DNA from: a virus
Length of the DNA stretch: 64,000 bases
Strand: one strand, 5' to 3'
Virus record (IMG/VR): IMGVR_UViG_3300030390_002408
Positions within the stretch are counted from its first letter, which is position 1. Each line of letters starts with the position of its first letter. A program made the position numbers and the translations under genes. The notes below the pieces were generated by a model. The model was given only the letters and a program-made list of their open reading frames with translations, was not told the origin of the DNA and searched no databases. Below, in pieces: positions 31,085 to 41,908 of this stretch.

Positions 31085-31273
31085 CTATACTTTATATGGT
31101 AATGGGGATTTAGTTACTCGTGCAAAGGCATACTCATATTTATCCCTAAAAGATTTATATTGATGTTTTTCTTGGGTTTTCATCTTTAAAAGTTGGGTTT
31201 GGAATTTATCTTTTAAATCTAACTCAATAAGCTGTTCTTCAACTTCCCAAAACAAGTCTTCATGTTTTCCCAT
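31085..31273 (-). CDS. Hypothetical protein
   Basis: 62 aa; TATTTATA motif upstream. Confidence 0.6.
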   Translation of the reverse strand: MGKHEDLFWEVEEQLIELDLKDKFQTQLLKMKTQEKHQYKSFRDKYEYAFARVTKSPLPYKV

Positions 31274-31333
31274 TTTCCCTTAATTAATATTTAGTATAAA
31301 TATAATTAGGATATGTGAATTATCCAAATTATA

Positions 31334-32011
31334 TTAACAAATGATAATTCTTCTTCTTGAACCTCCACCACCTGATAATCCTTTTATTTCTACTACATCT
31401 AAAGTAATAGACCCCCCAGATGCTGCTCTTACAGACACTGATCCTGCACTATGACCTGCATCTGAAGAAATTGCTCCGGCCATTATAATCTTATTTATAT
31501 TATGATTTACACAGGGTTGATTAGTTCCTGTTGGAATTTGAGCTCCACTTGTGGTGTTATAATTTGTATTCCCACTACTTGTTATTTGGATTAAACTATC
31601 ATTTTCTACAGTAATACTTTGGGTTTTTGGAGAAGATGTTATGGCTGAGTTTCCATTAACTGCTACTTTTACTCCTACTCCTCCACTATCTTTAAAACTT
31701 TTTATACATACTGATATTGGGTTGAATAATGATCCTCCAAACCCAATAACGGCATTATTTGTACCTGTTGGGGGGTCTACTAAATACCAAAAACTACTCC
31801 TTAATCCTAAGTTACCCCTACTAACATTGTAATATCGAGTTAAAGCTTGGCCCCCATATGTAAGTGAGGTGTGGTTTTGTTGATTTCCACTTGTTAATTG
31901 TACGGTTATTAATCTATTACTCCCTGCAATTTGGGTATGGGGGATAGTTTTACTATTCCCACTCATGTTAGATTTTACTACAGTACTAATACCTTTAACT
32001 GGAACTGCCAT
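31334..32011 (-). CDS. Putative virion receptor-binding/lectin-like protein
   Basis: beta-rich, LTYGGQALT, WYLVDPPTG; ends GGGGSRRRIIIC. Confidence 0.5.
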   Translation of the reverse strand: MAVPVKGISTVVKSNMSGNSKTIPHTQIAGSNRLITVQLTSGNQQNHTSLTYGGQALTRYYNVSRGNLGLRSSFWYLVDPPTGTNNAVIGFGGSLFNPISVCIKSFKDSGGVGVKVAVNGNSAITSSPKTQSITVENDSLIQITSSGNTNYNTTSGAQIPTGTNQPCVNHNINKIIMAGAISSDAGHSAGSVSVRAASGGSITLDVVEIKGLSGGGGSRRRIIIC

Positions 32012-32292
32012 TATAGTTGGTTTATGTTAGTTATTTCATTTAAATCCATATCTCCTATACTATCAGTATTTATCCGGGCCTCATGTGTATAATTAGTAGT
32101 TTCAAAAAAAATCTTTATACTAATTTCACCTATTTCTAGTTTTGTTCTATTAGCTCCTATAAATGTGCCCAAGGTTCCATCATAATCTATATTAATTTTA
32201 TTAACTAAATCAATATCTTTAGTATATCCAACAGGTGAAGTTTGTACTTCCCCGTCTTTACCTAATTCTATTTTCTCTATAATTGTTGTCAT
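32011..32292 (-). CDS. Small acidic protein (fibre chaperone/adaptor?)
   Basis: Lies between fibre-like genes. Confidence 0.45.
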   Translation of the reverse strand: MTTIIEKIELGKDGEVQTSPVGYTKDIDLVNKINIDYDGTLGTFIGANRTKLEIGEISIKIFFETTNYTHEARINTDSIGDMDLNEITNINQL

Positions 32293-32360
32293 GTCTTATC
32301 TATTATTATATAACTAATACAATATTTGTAATGTTTAAAACGAAGTTATTATCGGTGGTT

Positions 32361-34238
32361 TTAATCTTCTGTATATCTTATATCAAGACTTAAATAAACA
32401 GCTGTTCCACTTACAGTACCTGTTTCTATCCATATAAAACTATCAGCTGGAATATTAGCATTAGTTAATGAAGCAACATCTCCAGTTGATGTACTTGTGG
32501 TTGTTGTAGCACTTACTAAAGTAGTCCCTGCAGCACTTCTATCTGTTGAGTATTTTAAAGCATACTCTGTACTTGGAGATCCTCCAGTTGAAACAGCAAT
32601 TACTTCTTGTATTGTAATTGCTTCATCTGTTCTAAAAACTGTAATATCATCTGTAGCTGTGGGTTCTTGTAAGGTAAATGTTTTATTAAGAGTTTGTAAT
32701 ACAACATTATTAACTGTTAAGTTATTTCCAATTTTAGTTATACTAAACGATTGTCTAAGTGCTTGATTATTAAAATCAATAGTACCATTTCCTGAAGAAT
32801 AACATCTAATATCTATATAATCACCAACAACTAAATCAATAGGGATAGTACCATCGTCATTATCCCAACTACTTGTAGCTGTTCCAAAACCCGCAAATGG
32901 GGCATAAATTAAACCATTTTTATATAAAAATAAATGCGACCAAGAAGAACCATTATTTAAAAATATATTCGCTTGTACCAAATAAGTACCTGCACCACTT
33001 GAACCAACTGTAAATTTATGATTAGTGTTATCCCATTCACCATTTACATCAAGTGCTCCACCAGCTGGAGTGCCTGTTGTTACAAAATTTACTATTGGGG
33101 TTGTATTATTCACTGTTTGGTTTGCACCCATTGCTCCTTTAACAAGAACCTTAGTTCCCGAACCTGTTACTGGAGTTGATTCTCCTGCAATCATTTCACT
33201 AAGTTCAAGAAACGTACCTGAAGAAAGTATTGTAGTATCAGTATTTGTTGTAACCCCCCCTTCAGATAATATAATCCTAACAATATCATTAGCAGCTAAA
33301 TCAAGTATTAAATTCAAATCAGAAGATGAATTATTAGAACTACCTGCATTTCTAGCATAATGTTCTAAACTTCTATACTCCTGATTATTTGCATCAACAG
33401 CTATAGTATTATTAACTGTTACTTTCATAACAGGATCGGCCCTTTGAGTACCAATACTATTTATAGATGTCATACAATTAACCCTATACCTTCCAGCTTG
33501 ATTTACCCTAATACCATTACCGGTTATAGTAAATTTATTAGTATTACTATTTTCAGATTGAACTGTTATAGGAATTATTTGATCAGCTGTAACATAAGTA
33601 GCGGCCAATGATCCATTAACTTTTGAACCCCTACAATAATCAGCAGTACTAGAATTAACATTATCCATACCACCCCCAAATACTATTATTTCACCAACAG
33701 TAGAACTAACTCTAGTTACTTTACCTATTCTTTGAACTACAGCATTTCCTGTAGGTTTAGTATTAGTTACACCCCCAGAAGTACCTACATAAACATCACC
33801 TAAAGATAATGCTGAAGTATTTAATCCTGTGGCTTTACCAAATATAATTATAGTTCCTGTAGTAGCTTGAGCTATAGAACTTGTAGCAATACCTATTCCG
33901 GGCATTGTAGTACCCGAACTATTATCAGCTAACTCTACAGTAGTTAAATCAGCAACTACATCATAATCAGCTAGTATAACAACTTGACCTTTATTTATAG
34001 TTCCTCCAGAGTCTTTTTGTACTGATAAAGTAATAGAGTTTCCACCCCCACTTCCTCCTTCTTCAAATATAGATACTACATCTCCACTTGCATTTTTATA
34101 GTAAGGTAAGTTTGTTGCTACATCATAAAAATACACATCATTAGACACAGAACCCCAATCGGATGAACTATCTGTCCTTACTGTATATTTTACTCCAACT
34201 ACTTCTTCTAATCCACTTGTTATTGGTGTTACTGCCAT
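32361..34238 (-). CDS. Tail fibre-like protein (C1q-like beta modules)
   Basis: N-terminal 62 aa paralogous to 34440-36488; AGRYRV/AGTYLV and LVVGDYI motifs. Confidence 0.6.
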   Translation of the reverse strand: MAVTPITSGLEEVVGVKYTVRTDSSSDWGSVSNDVYFYDVATNLPYYKNASGDVVSIFEEGGSGGGNSITLSVQKDSGGTINKGQVVILADYDVVADLTTVELADNSSGTTMPGIGIATSSIAQATTGTIIIFGKATGLNTSALSLGDVYVGTSGGVTNTKPTGNAVVQRIGKVTRVSSTVGEIIVFGGGMDNVNSSTADYCRGSKVNGSLAATYVTADQIIPITVQSENSNTNKFTITGNGIRVNQAGRYRVNCMTSINSIGTQRADPVMKVTVNNTIAVDANNQEYRSLEHYARNAGSSNNSSSDLNLILDLAANDIVRIILSEGGVTTNTDTTILSSGTFLELSEMIAGESTPVTGSGTKVLVKGAMGANQTVNNTTPIVNFVTTGTPAGGALDVNGEWDNTNHKFTVGSSGAGTYLVQANIFLNNGSSWSHLFLYKNGLIYAPFAGFGTATSSWDNDDGTIPIDLVVGDYIDIRCYSSGNGTIDFNNQALRQSFSITKIGNNLTVNNVVLQTLNKTFTLQEPTATDDITVFRTDEAITIQEVIAVSTGGSPSTEYALKYSTDRSAAGTTLVSATTTTSTSTGDVASLTNANIPADSFIWIETGTVSGTAVYLSLDIRYTED

Positions 34239-34240
34239 AA

Positions 34241-34447
34241 TTAAACCATTTTACTTTCTGATAGCTCTTTAAAATTATCAAATATTATTTTTTCCGATTC
34301 GGTTAAATCTTCATAAAAAGTTACCGTTTGCTTTTGCTCCTCGTTTTCATCAATATATTGAACAATCATTCTTTGTGGAATTGATTCCTGCTCAATTTGA
34401 AAAACCGTTTGTTTTAAAGTATTTGCCATTTTTTTAAGTTTATCCAA
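34241..34447 (-). CDS. Small acidic fibre-associated protein
   Basis: 68 aa, follows tailspike gene. Confidence 0.5.
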   Translation of the reverse strand: MDKLKKMANTLKQTVFQIEQESIPQRMIVQYIDENEEQKQTVTFYEDLTESEKIIFDNFKELSESKMV

Positions 34448-36488
34448 TTAATAAATTACCAAAATTATCTGGTGTATTTGTTTGAATGTTTATCGCTTTA
34501 TTTCCTATTAAAGTTGTCATTCCTTTACCTTTTAAATTAGAAATTTTAATATTTCTGTTTACTGTCCCTGCTTGTATTGCGTGAGCACTTGCATTAACTG
34601 TAATCCCCGTACAATTTGATACAGTTCCATTATTATTACCTACATATATGCCATGCCCTAAAGCATTATTGTAAGTTGATTTTCCAACAGAATTAAAAAT
34701 ATTTCCAACTCTTAACTCTATCCCACTGGATGCTGAACTTTCCCCAATACAAAAAGAAATCTGTGCATCTGCTTGATTTACAAACATTCCAACAGTAGAA
34801 GTTGAGATACCTGTTGAATTATATGTTTTTCCTCTGTCTGTATATATTCCAACTCCTGCATCACTTTTACCAATTGAGTTGTGACACTCGCTAATAATAT
34901 TATTTAAAAATATAGCGTTTGAACTTTGAGAATAAACATTGCAGTTATAAGCTCTTGCACCTGTTAAAGTTAAAGCAACAATAGTGCCTGTGTTATATAT
35001 GTTTGTATTTTTTAAAATGCCTCCACTTGCTGTTGCAACTGCTCCAATAACTGTACAACTATACAAACCATCACCAGTAATTCTAAAAGAGCCTAAACCA
35101 GTATTTATACTTGAGCCTATCAATTTACCTGAAATAAAACCCGTAAATCCTGTATCAGTTCCATTATATATAAATTCACCACCTATAACTTTTACCCCTG
35201 ATGCAGATATGTTTAAAGTATCGGCACCGTCTGAAATAACTGTTAAACCTGTACAATCTAATTCAGCAGATTGACCAACAGTCAAACCATTCCCCCCACC
35301 ATTAGGAGTAGGACTATTTTTTTTTATTATCGTACCATTAATAAATTTCGTTTTTGTACCAACTCCATTTTTTAAAAATAAACTATTATCTGAACCGTCT
35401 AAAGTGTATGTATAGCCGTTCATGTTAATACTTACTTCAACAGGAATAGTAATTGTTACATTTCCTGTTTCTGTAATATTTCCAAACTGCTCAACTGTAT
35501 CTCCCGCACTTGCTGCAGCCATAGCTAAAGTATAAGTTGTATAATAAGTATAAAATCCACTTGTATTAGCAATTCCTAAAATACCATACCCCGCAGCCAT
35601 AGCAACCCATGCAGAACCATTATATCTTTGTAAACTATTTAAATCAGTATCAAATACCATTAAATTAGTATCTACTGGTGAAGGAATAGCATTCTTTTGA
35701 GCTGTTGTTAGCCTAGGCATTAAGAAACCATCTGTTGTGGTTGATAACTCTAACTTTTCAGATATAAGAGTATCACCTTGTAAACTTATTTTTTCAGTTG
35801 AAATAGCTGCCAAAGAACCTATAATAAAAGAACTGTTATTTACAAAACCACCAACAAAAAATCTTGTATGCTGATTGTTACTACCTGTAGATAAACCTAT
35901 CTTATGTCTTAAATTATTATTAACATCATAAAAATCAACATTTGTTTCAAGGACTGAAATTCTTGATGTCGCTGCTCCTACGCCAATAGTAACACTACCA
36001 AAAGGAGAGTACCAAGAACCACCACCAAATCTACTTACGTTAAAAATTCTTGGGTTTCCAGTTCCAACGTGACTACTATAAGCCGAGATAGCCCCCTGAG
36101 TACCATTTGATCCTAAAACAGAAATACCTCCCTCTAAATCAACTTTAAAATAAGGTACTAATCCAGTATAAACCTCTTTACAATTAACTTGAAATTGAGT
36201 ATTATTATTTCCCGTACCGTCTAAAGTTAAAGTATGAGTTGATAAACCAACTGTTCTATCTCCAGCTAAAGTACCATCAGCAGTATAGACATTACTTGAT
36301 ACTCCTCCTTCTTCAAATATTGACACAACAGTACCCCCTGCATTTTTATAATAAGGTAAACTAGTTGCCTTGTCATAAAAATAAACATTATTACCTACTG
36401 AAGTCCAATCTGAAGATGAGTCAGTTATTACAGTATATTTTATACCTTTAACTTGATTTAATCCAGATGTTACTGTTGTTACTGCCAT
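34440..36488 (-). CDS. Tailspike/tail fibre with probable C-terminal beta-helix
   Basis: GFLMPRLTTAQ...YNGSAW motif; repetitive N/C/G/I beta-helix pattern. Confidence 0.65.
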   Translation of the reverse strand: MAVTTVTSGLNQVKGIKYTVITDSSSDWTSVGNNVYFYDKATSLPYYKNAGGTVVSIFEEGGVSSNVYTADGTLAGDRTVGLSTHTLTLDGTGNNNTQFQVNCKEVYTGLVPYFKVDLEGGISVLGSNGTQGAISAYSSHVGTGNPRIFNVSRFGGGSWYSPFGSVTIGVGAATSRISVLETNVDFYDVNNNLRHKIGLSTGSNNQHTRFFVGGFVNNSSFIIGSLAAISTEKISLQGDTLISEKLELSTTTDGFLMPRLTTAQKNAIPSPVDTNLMVFDTDLNSLQRYNGSAWVAMAAGYGILGIANTSGFYTYYTTYTLAMAAASAGDTVEQFGNITETGNVTITIPVEVSINMNGYTYTLDGSDNSLFLKNGVGTKTKFINGTIIKKNSPTPNGGGNGLTVGQSAELDCTGLTVISDGADTLNISASGVKVIGGEFIYNGTDTGFTGFISGKLIGSSINTGLGSFRITGDGLYSCTVIGAVATASGGILKNTNIYNTGTIVALTLTGARAYNCNVYSQSSNAIFLNNIISECHNSIGKSDAGVGIYTDRGKTYNSTGISTSTVGMFVNQADAQISFCIGESSASSGIELRVGNIFNSVGKSTYNNALGHGIYVGNNNGTVSNCTGITVNASAHAIQAGTVNRNIKISNLKGKGMTTLIGNKAINIQTNTPDNFGNLLIG

Positions 36489-36490
36489 GA

Positions 36491-36910
36491 TTATTGTATT
36501 TTATAATATTCTTTTATACCTGTATCCAAAACACTATCAAAAGGAGTTGCCATCGTAGATAACAAGATTATGTTTTCATATCCATTATCTCTTGAATAAG
36601 GCTCATCAGTTTCAGGATCTATAGGTGTAGTTACTTCACCAGTTTCAGGATTAATATTATGTTTAGGTAAAGCTTCTCCATCAACATCGTATGAAATTTT
36701 ACCTTTTACAACTTCATATCCTGCAGTTACATCAGTAACTACTTCAATTTCACCTTCAATTTCAACATAAGTTTGTAGTCGTAAGTGAACTACAGCTTTT
36801 GGGGTTGGGTTTGAATCCATTTCTTCTTGTACTACTGCTGTATCCCTAATTAATCTTCTTTTAAGACCTGTTTTTGGGTCTGTTCCGTACTCGTAAATGT
36901 TTGCGTTCAT
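36491..36910 (-). CDS. Acidic fibre-associated protein
   Basis: 139 aa, follows the large fibre gene. Confidence 0.5.
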   Translation of the reverse strand: MNANIYEYGTDPKTGLKRRLIRDTAVVQEEMDSNPTPKAVVHLRLQTYVEIEGEIEVVTDVTAGYEVVKGKISYDVDGEALPKHNINPETGEVTTPIDPETDEPYSRDNGYENIILLSTMATPFDSVLDTGIKEYYKIQ

Positions 36911-36929
36911 TTTTATTTATTTATTTATT

Positions 36930-39900
36930 TTATCCTATTTTAATATTTCCAAAATCATCTGTAGTGTTTAGGTTTGATAAAGTTACATTTGTATTTATGG
37001 AGGTTGTAGCTCCATCAAATGTAGAATTAGCTACTTGAGTAGTTATTGCTGAAGTTGATGTAATATTATTAGCTCCTATATTATTAACTCTAAGGGAACA
37101 GTTTGTTAAAACTGTATCATTTCCACCTATTTGAACAGAGTGTCCTCCAACATTATTCCACTTTGATACAAATTCACAATGAGAAAATAATATTTTGAAT
37201 CCTGGATTAGAATTAAGGTTTGCTGCAATTCCTCCTTCACTTATTGCTGTTATTCTATTATATGAAAAACTTCTAGATGCTTGATTCCTAAAAACTTTAA
37301 TTGCATGATAACTCCCCAAATTCCTAACATACCCTTGTACACATTGTAGTGTATTTGACAAATTAAGACAAGGTAAGGTTGAAGAATTGTTTTCTGCTCT
37401 AAAATTAGATATTTCAGATGCACTGACAGTAACAGCATAATTATTACCAGTTATAGCTACAAAATCATGAGCTGAAGATGGACCAGATACTGCAATTCCA
37501 CTTACACTCTTAGCAACAAAGTTACTCAGTACTCCCCCACTTATAGCACTCCCACTATTACTTTCTACATAAAAACTTGTAGCTAAGACCCCAGTCTGAG
37601 TAGTTATACCGGATCCAGTTCCTTTAGCTAGTACTGTAAAGCCAGAAGCTTTAGCATTATTAGTTAAAAATAAAGCAGTTTGTGATGAACGGCCTATAAC
37701 CGTAAAGTTTCTAAAATTAGAATAAGACAATCTTACAGTGTTTAATGTAGCATTAGGTCCACTTTCAAAAATACTACCTCCAAAATCATACATATCTTCT
37801 AAATAACTACCTATTTGAAAGGTCATATAATTCTCATTATAAAAATACATTTTAGACATTTGTAAATTTCTTGTAGCTGTACCGTCATATTGAAGACATT
37901 TACCAGTTGTTCCATTTTCTCTTATTAAACTTCCATCTAATATAACAGTAGTTGTACCTGCAATTAACCCACCTACTGATAAACAATGTGTAGCATCAGC
38001 TTGGGTATTTTCAATCTTAAATCCGTTAAAATTTATAGTTAAATTCTTATAGTCGAAAGTTGCATCAATAATAATTCCAGCCGTGGTTGTAACATTACCA
38101 TATAAAGTAACAGTATTATAACTTCCAGCTGTTTTACAGGTATCTAATGCTGATTGTAAATTAGAATAAAAAGTAGGACTTCCATTATCTGAATCTCTCA
38201 CAACACCTATGACCCCATACCCTGCTGACATTGCTACCCATGCAGAACCATTATATCTATATAAAGCATTTAAAGTAGTATTAAATATAAGTAAATGAGT
38301 ATCAGGAGTTAAAATTGAATTCATTTGAGCTGTTGTCAAACGAGGCATTAACATACCTTCGGTTGTGGTTGTCATTTCTACTTTACCACCTAATTCTACA
38401 CCTGTTGATTTAATTAAGTGTTGAGGAGTTGTTGAATTCCAACCTAAAGCAAGAGAATTAGCAGTAGAATTTACTAATTTTTGTGTCTTATCAGCTTCAA
38501 CTCCATGACCAATTATACTTGCTCCACTAGCACCTGATTGAACCCAAGCACCTAACCCAACAGAAAATGGATTTGTAATATTATGTGCTCTACCTATTGC
38601 TGAACTATATTGCCCACTTAAAGTTCCTTCTGAACCAATCATAGATGTATAGTTTGCAGAAACAGTATTATCAACACCTAAAATTACTTGTTCATTTCCA
38701 CCTGAAGTATTATTTCCACTTCCTACTATATATCGATAATTACCTATACCTGTTAAAGTATTACTTCTACCAACAAGTCCAAAATAAAAACTTGTACTAT
38801 TTATAGAGTTAGAATGCCCTAATTGAAAACAGGTTGAAAAATCTGTATTAGTAATACTATTCCCAATCCCTAAATCAAAATACCCATCATTTGCAATTAT
38901 ACCATAAGTAGCACTATCAGCACTATTTCTGAATCTTACAATATACTCTGCCACATTATTACTTGTACTATTTTGAGCGATTAAATTGGTTTTTGATCCA
39001 CTAAAAGTCAAATTATTACTTCCAAAATCAACAACTCTATCTCCTGTTAAAACTCCATCAGCAGTATAAATTGTATCTGCTGAACCTGAAGCCGCAACAT
39101 AATCTACTACATACTCTTTATCAATTAAAGAACGATTAGTAAAATTAGCAGAATAATCATCATCATATTCAATTCCCTTTTTAGTTGTTCTATTATCCTT
39201 AAAAGTAATTGATGAAGATATATTAAAAGTTGAACCCCCTCCACCAGTTAAAAAAAGATAATCTGGATCTAAAATTAAAGCAGCCGAGTTACTCCCACTA
39301 GAATAAGTAAGATTTAAATTATCATTTCCTATAAATAAATTCCCATTCCCATTATTACCTGTAGCATTAAATTTACCTAAAGATATACCAGACTCATTAA
39401 GAGAAAGTTTTGAATTTTTAGAATTAGAAGTATTATAAAATCCTAAATCTATCGCCCCAGGAACAATATCTAATCTTGATTCCTCATTAATTGAAGGGGT
39501 TGAAGATTTTAGTTGGGCACTATTACTGGTAATATTATTAAATGATGTGGATGTACCATTTGTAACTAAATCTTTGGAATTGGAGAAAGTTCTTGAAAGT
39601 GTAGTAGTACTTGACCCACTAACAATACTCCCACTAATACTATTACTAAGAATAGAAAGTGATGAGGTATAATATAATTCACTTGGGTTAGTTATTGTAG
39701 TTAAACTTGAACTTGGAGTTATATGAAAGTTACTACTACTAACATTAAAGGTACTAGTATTCAAATTATAATCACTATTAATCTTCATTGTAGAAGAATT
39801 ACTAGCGTTATTATAAGATACTTGAAAGTATGCTTGATTTGCTTCGTATTTGGTTGTTGTAGTTGAAGTTGTATGAATAACATCTCTCCCTCCAGGATTA

Positions 39901-40124
39901 GTTGATATTTTAACTCCTTGTCCTGGGGAAGGGAATGGAAATGAACCTGCATACTGTTCTAATCCTTCTATGGTGTTAAGTTTATAATTAGTAATATTTT
40001 CATTTAGAATATTATTACCTAATGATACTTCTTTACTCCCCCCACCATTAACTTTTACTGATCCTGTTATTTCAGAGTTCCCTTTAGAGTGGAACCCATT
40101 TTTAATTATAAATTCGTTTGCCAT
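36930..40124 (-). CDS. Long tail fibre/tailspike with YadA-head-like repeats and beta-helix C-terminus
   Basis: MANEFIIKNG start; SxxIG-type repeats; shares modules with 34440-36488; late motif upstream. Confidence 0.7.
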   Translation of the reverse strand: MANEFIIKNGFHSKGNSEITGSVKVNGGGSKEVSLGNNILNENITNYKLNTIEGLEQYAGSFPFPSPGQGVKISTNPGGRDVIHTTSTTTTKYEANQAYFQVSYNNASNSSTMKINSDYNLNTSTFNVSSSNFHITPSSSLTTITNPSELYYTSSLSILSNSISGSIVSGSSTTTLSRTFSNSKDLVTNGTSTSFNNITSNSAQLKSSTPSINEESRLDIVPGAIDLGFYNTSNSKNSKLSLNESGISLGKFNATGNNGNGNLFIGNDNLNLTYSSGSNSAALILDPDYLFLTGGGGSTFNISSSITFKDNRTTKKGIEYDDDYSANFTNRSLIDKEYVVDYVAASGSADTIYTADGVLTGDRVVDFGSNNLTFSGSKTNLIAQNSTSNNVAEYIVRFRNSADSATYGIIANDGYFDLGIGNSITNTDFSTCFQLGHSNSINSTSFYFGLVGRSNTLTGIGNYRYIVGSGNNTSGGNEQVILGVDNTVSANYTSMIGSEGTLSGQYSSAIGRAHNITNPFSVGLGAWVQSGASGASIIGHGVEADKTQKLVNSTANSLALGWNSTTPQHLIKSTGVELGGKVEMTTTTEGMLMPRLTTAQMNSILTPDTHLLIFNTTLNALYRYNGSAWVAMSAGYGVIGVVRDSDNGSPTFYSNLQSALDTCKTAGSYNTVTLYGNVTTTAGIIIDATFDYKNLTINFNGFKIENTQADATHCLSVGGLIAGTTTVILDGSLIRENGTTGKCLQYDGTATRNLQMSKMYFYNENYMTFQIGSYLEDMYDFGGSIFESGPNATLNTVRLSYSNFRNFTVIGRSSQTALFLTNNAKASGFTVLAKGTGSGITTQTGVLATSFYVESNSGSAISGGVLSNFVAKSVSGIAVSGPSSAHDFVAITGNNYAVTVSASEISNFRAENNSSTLPCLNLSNTLQCVQGYVRNLGSYHAIKVFRNQASRSFSYNRITAISEGGIAANLNSNPGFKILFSHCEFVSKWNNVGGHSVQIGGNDTVLTNCSLRVNNIGANNITSTSAITTQVANSTFDGATTSINTNVTLSNLNTTDDFGNIKIG

Positions 40125-40180
40125 ATCTTTTCCCTTTCCAAGATTATGTTAGTATTTTGTTATAAATATTGAGAAGGGAC

Positions 40181-40206
40181 AAAAAAAGTCCTGCTTATGC
40201 AGGACT
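40181..40206 (-). terminator. Rho-independent terminator after the DUF932 gene
   Basis: AGTCCTGC-N4-GCAGGACT hairpin with T-run on the minus strand. Confidence 0.75.
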
Positions 40207-40231
40207 CTTAAAATTATTTTTAATGAACTTA

Positions 40232-41041
40232 TTAAACAACATAATTTAAAGCAACTTCAAACAATTCACTATTGATCTTTTGATCTTGTCTAAAGTTTTT
40301 AATTCTTCTCGCTTTACGAACTTTACCAGCTGCTATGTAATTAAACTCACCTTCAATTATTTTTTCTTGAACTACATTAAATACTGACCATAAATCATTT
40401 CCTTGATCTTCAGGTCTTGTAGGTGTAAGTAATTCTTCTAAATCAATTTTAACTCTCTTCATTTCATCTTTATTGAAACGAGTTGTCAAACACTCTTTAG
40501 CAAAATCTAAAGCTTTTTTCTGCTCAAGTTGTGTTGATTTCATCATATTCATTGATTCAACAGTTAATGGTAATTTTTCAACCATTTCTCTAATATTTTC
40601 CTGTAAATCCTCAAATGTATATCCCATATGTCTCATTTTGACAGCTTCAAATTGTGTTGTTGCTATTACAAGACCATTAGCACAAACCAATCTGTATAAT
40701 CCAGCTTGAAACTGAAATGCATTTTTCCCATCATGGGAGTTAGTTAATAAAATTTGGGGATAAACTGTATCATTGTCATCACCATTAATAACAATATCAT
40801 CATTTCTAAAAACAACTAAGTGTTTTTGATATCCTTTACCTCTACGAGCTTGGACTTCTTGAACATTAATAACATCCCATCCTAAAGTTCTCATATCATC
40901 AATAACTTTAGTTGTTGGAATGTGTGTGTAATGTTTTGAAACCTCATCACTTGGAGATTTTGTAAAAACTGAAGGTGCTTTTTTAGCAATTTCTTCATTT
41001 GTCATAAACTTGTTTGATTTAATTTCACTTGCATTTACCAT
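40232..41041 (-). CDS. DUF932/DUF945-family protein
   Basis: ILLTNSHDG; GLYRLVCANGL; LWSVFNVVQE. Confidence 0.85.
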   Translation of the reverse strand: MVNASEIKSNKFMTNEEIAKKAPSVFTKSPSDEVSKHYTHIPTTKVIDDMRTLGWDVINVQEVQARRGKGYQKHLVVFRNDDIVINGDDNDTVYPQILLTNSHDGKNAFQFQAGLYRLVCANGLVIATTQFEAVKMRHMGYTFEDLQENIREMVEKLPLTVESMNMMKSTQLEQKKALDFAKECLTTRFNKDEMKRVKIDLEELLTPTRPEDQGNDLWSVFNVVQEKIIEGEFNYIAAGKVRKARRIKNFRQDQKINSELFEVALNYVV

Positions 41042-41085
41042 AACTCTTGATTTTTAAATATTTAATAATTAATAACTCATTTCTC

Positions 41086-41138
41086 TTACACCGTGAATAT
41101 ACGAATGGTTTCCTGGGGAGCCAAATTTTATTGGCGAG
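41086..41138 (-). promoter_or_regulatory. Early promoter repeat copy (Bacteroidota sigma70-like)
   Basis: Minus strand TTTGGC-N~15-TCGTATATTCACGGTGTAAG. Confidence 0.7.
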
Positions 41139-41337
41139 GAAGCTGATTTTCTTTTCTCATTTTTTCAAAATCAGGAACTAATTCATCCCCAACCTCACAA
41201 GTCCAATTTTCAGGATCTTCATCTTCAATTCTTTTTGTGAATTGATTAATTTCCTCATCTGTAGCATTTAAATATTTTTTTAAAATACTAATAACAATTT
41301 TTTTGTCTTCTTGAATCATTTTTTCACTTATTGCCAT
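41128..41337 (-). CDS. Hypothetical early protein ending QLPRQ
   Basis: 69 aa; own promoter and AAAATAAAGGTTATG start context. Confidence 0.65.
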   Translation of the reverse strand: MAISEKMIQEDKKIVISILKKYLNATDEEINQFTKRIEDEDPENWTCEVGDELVPDFEKMRKENQLPRQ

Positions 41338-41365
41338 AACCTTTATTTTTGCGCTGCTTAATCTT

Positions 41366-41425
41366 GCAACCTTACCCCATAAATATACAATAGAACCCTC
41401 AGGAAGCCAAATTTTATTGGCGAGG
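41366..41425 (-). promoter_or_regulatory. Early promoter repeat copy
   Basis: TTTGGCTTCCTGAGG...TGTATATTTATGGGGTAAGGTTGC. Confidence 0.7.
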
Positions 41426-41890
41426 CAGTTGATGTTTCTTCATTTTTTCTAATTTTTCTTTATAGAGTAAGATTTTTAAGTGGAATGAGCATAGTATAAC
41501 TATACTGGTAACCTCTCCTAGAAGAATACTATAAGGGTATAAAAATACCGAAGCCATATATAAAATTTTAAAAATATGGAATCTTTTATTTAAAAATAAA
41601 CTATATAAACATGCAAAATAAAAACATATTGCAAATATGTTATGAGGAATTTGATATTGATACCAATTAAACCCAGTTAATAACATTAAGAAAAAACTAG
41701 GGAGTTTCCATTTCTTTAGAGAAAAGAAAAAGTAGGAGCAAATTATATTTGATACAATAAATAGAGGTTGGAATGGGGTTCCCCAATATTGTGATAAGGA
41801 ACCCATTATTCCATTATTTATTATCATTATGAAAGGAGAAATAACCGCTAAACCTATTGCAGTCAATTTTACATAAAACTCTTTTATCAC
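41414..41890 (-). CDS. Multi-pass membrane protein ending QLPRQ
   Basis: Several hydrophobic segments; SLSQYW motif. Confidence 0.65.
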   Translation of the reverse strand: MIKEFYVKLTAIGLAVISPFIMIINNGIMGSLSQYWGTPFQPLFIVSNIICSYFFFSLKKWKLPSFFLMLLTGFNWYQYQIPHNIFAICFYFACLYSLFLNKRFHIFKILYMASVFLYPYSILLGEVTSIVILCSFHLKILLYKEKLEKMKKHQLPRQ

Positions 41891-41908
41891 CTTTAAACTA
41901 TTAATTTA

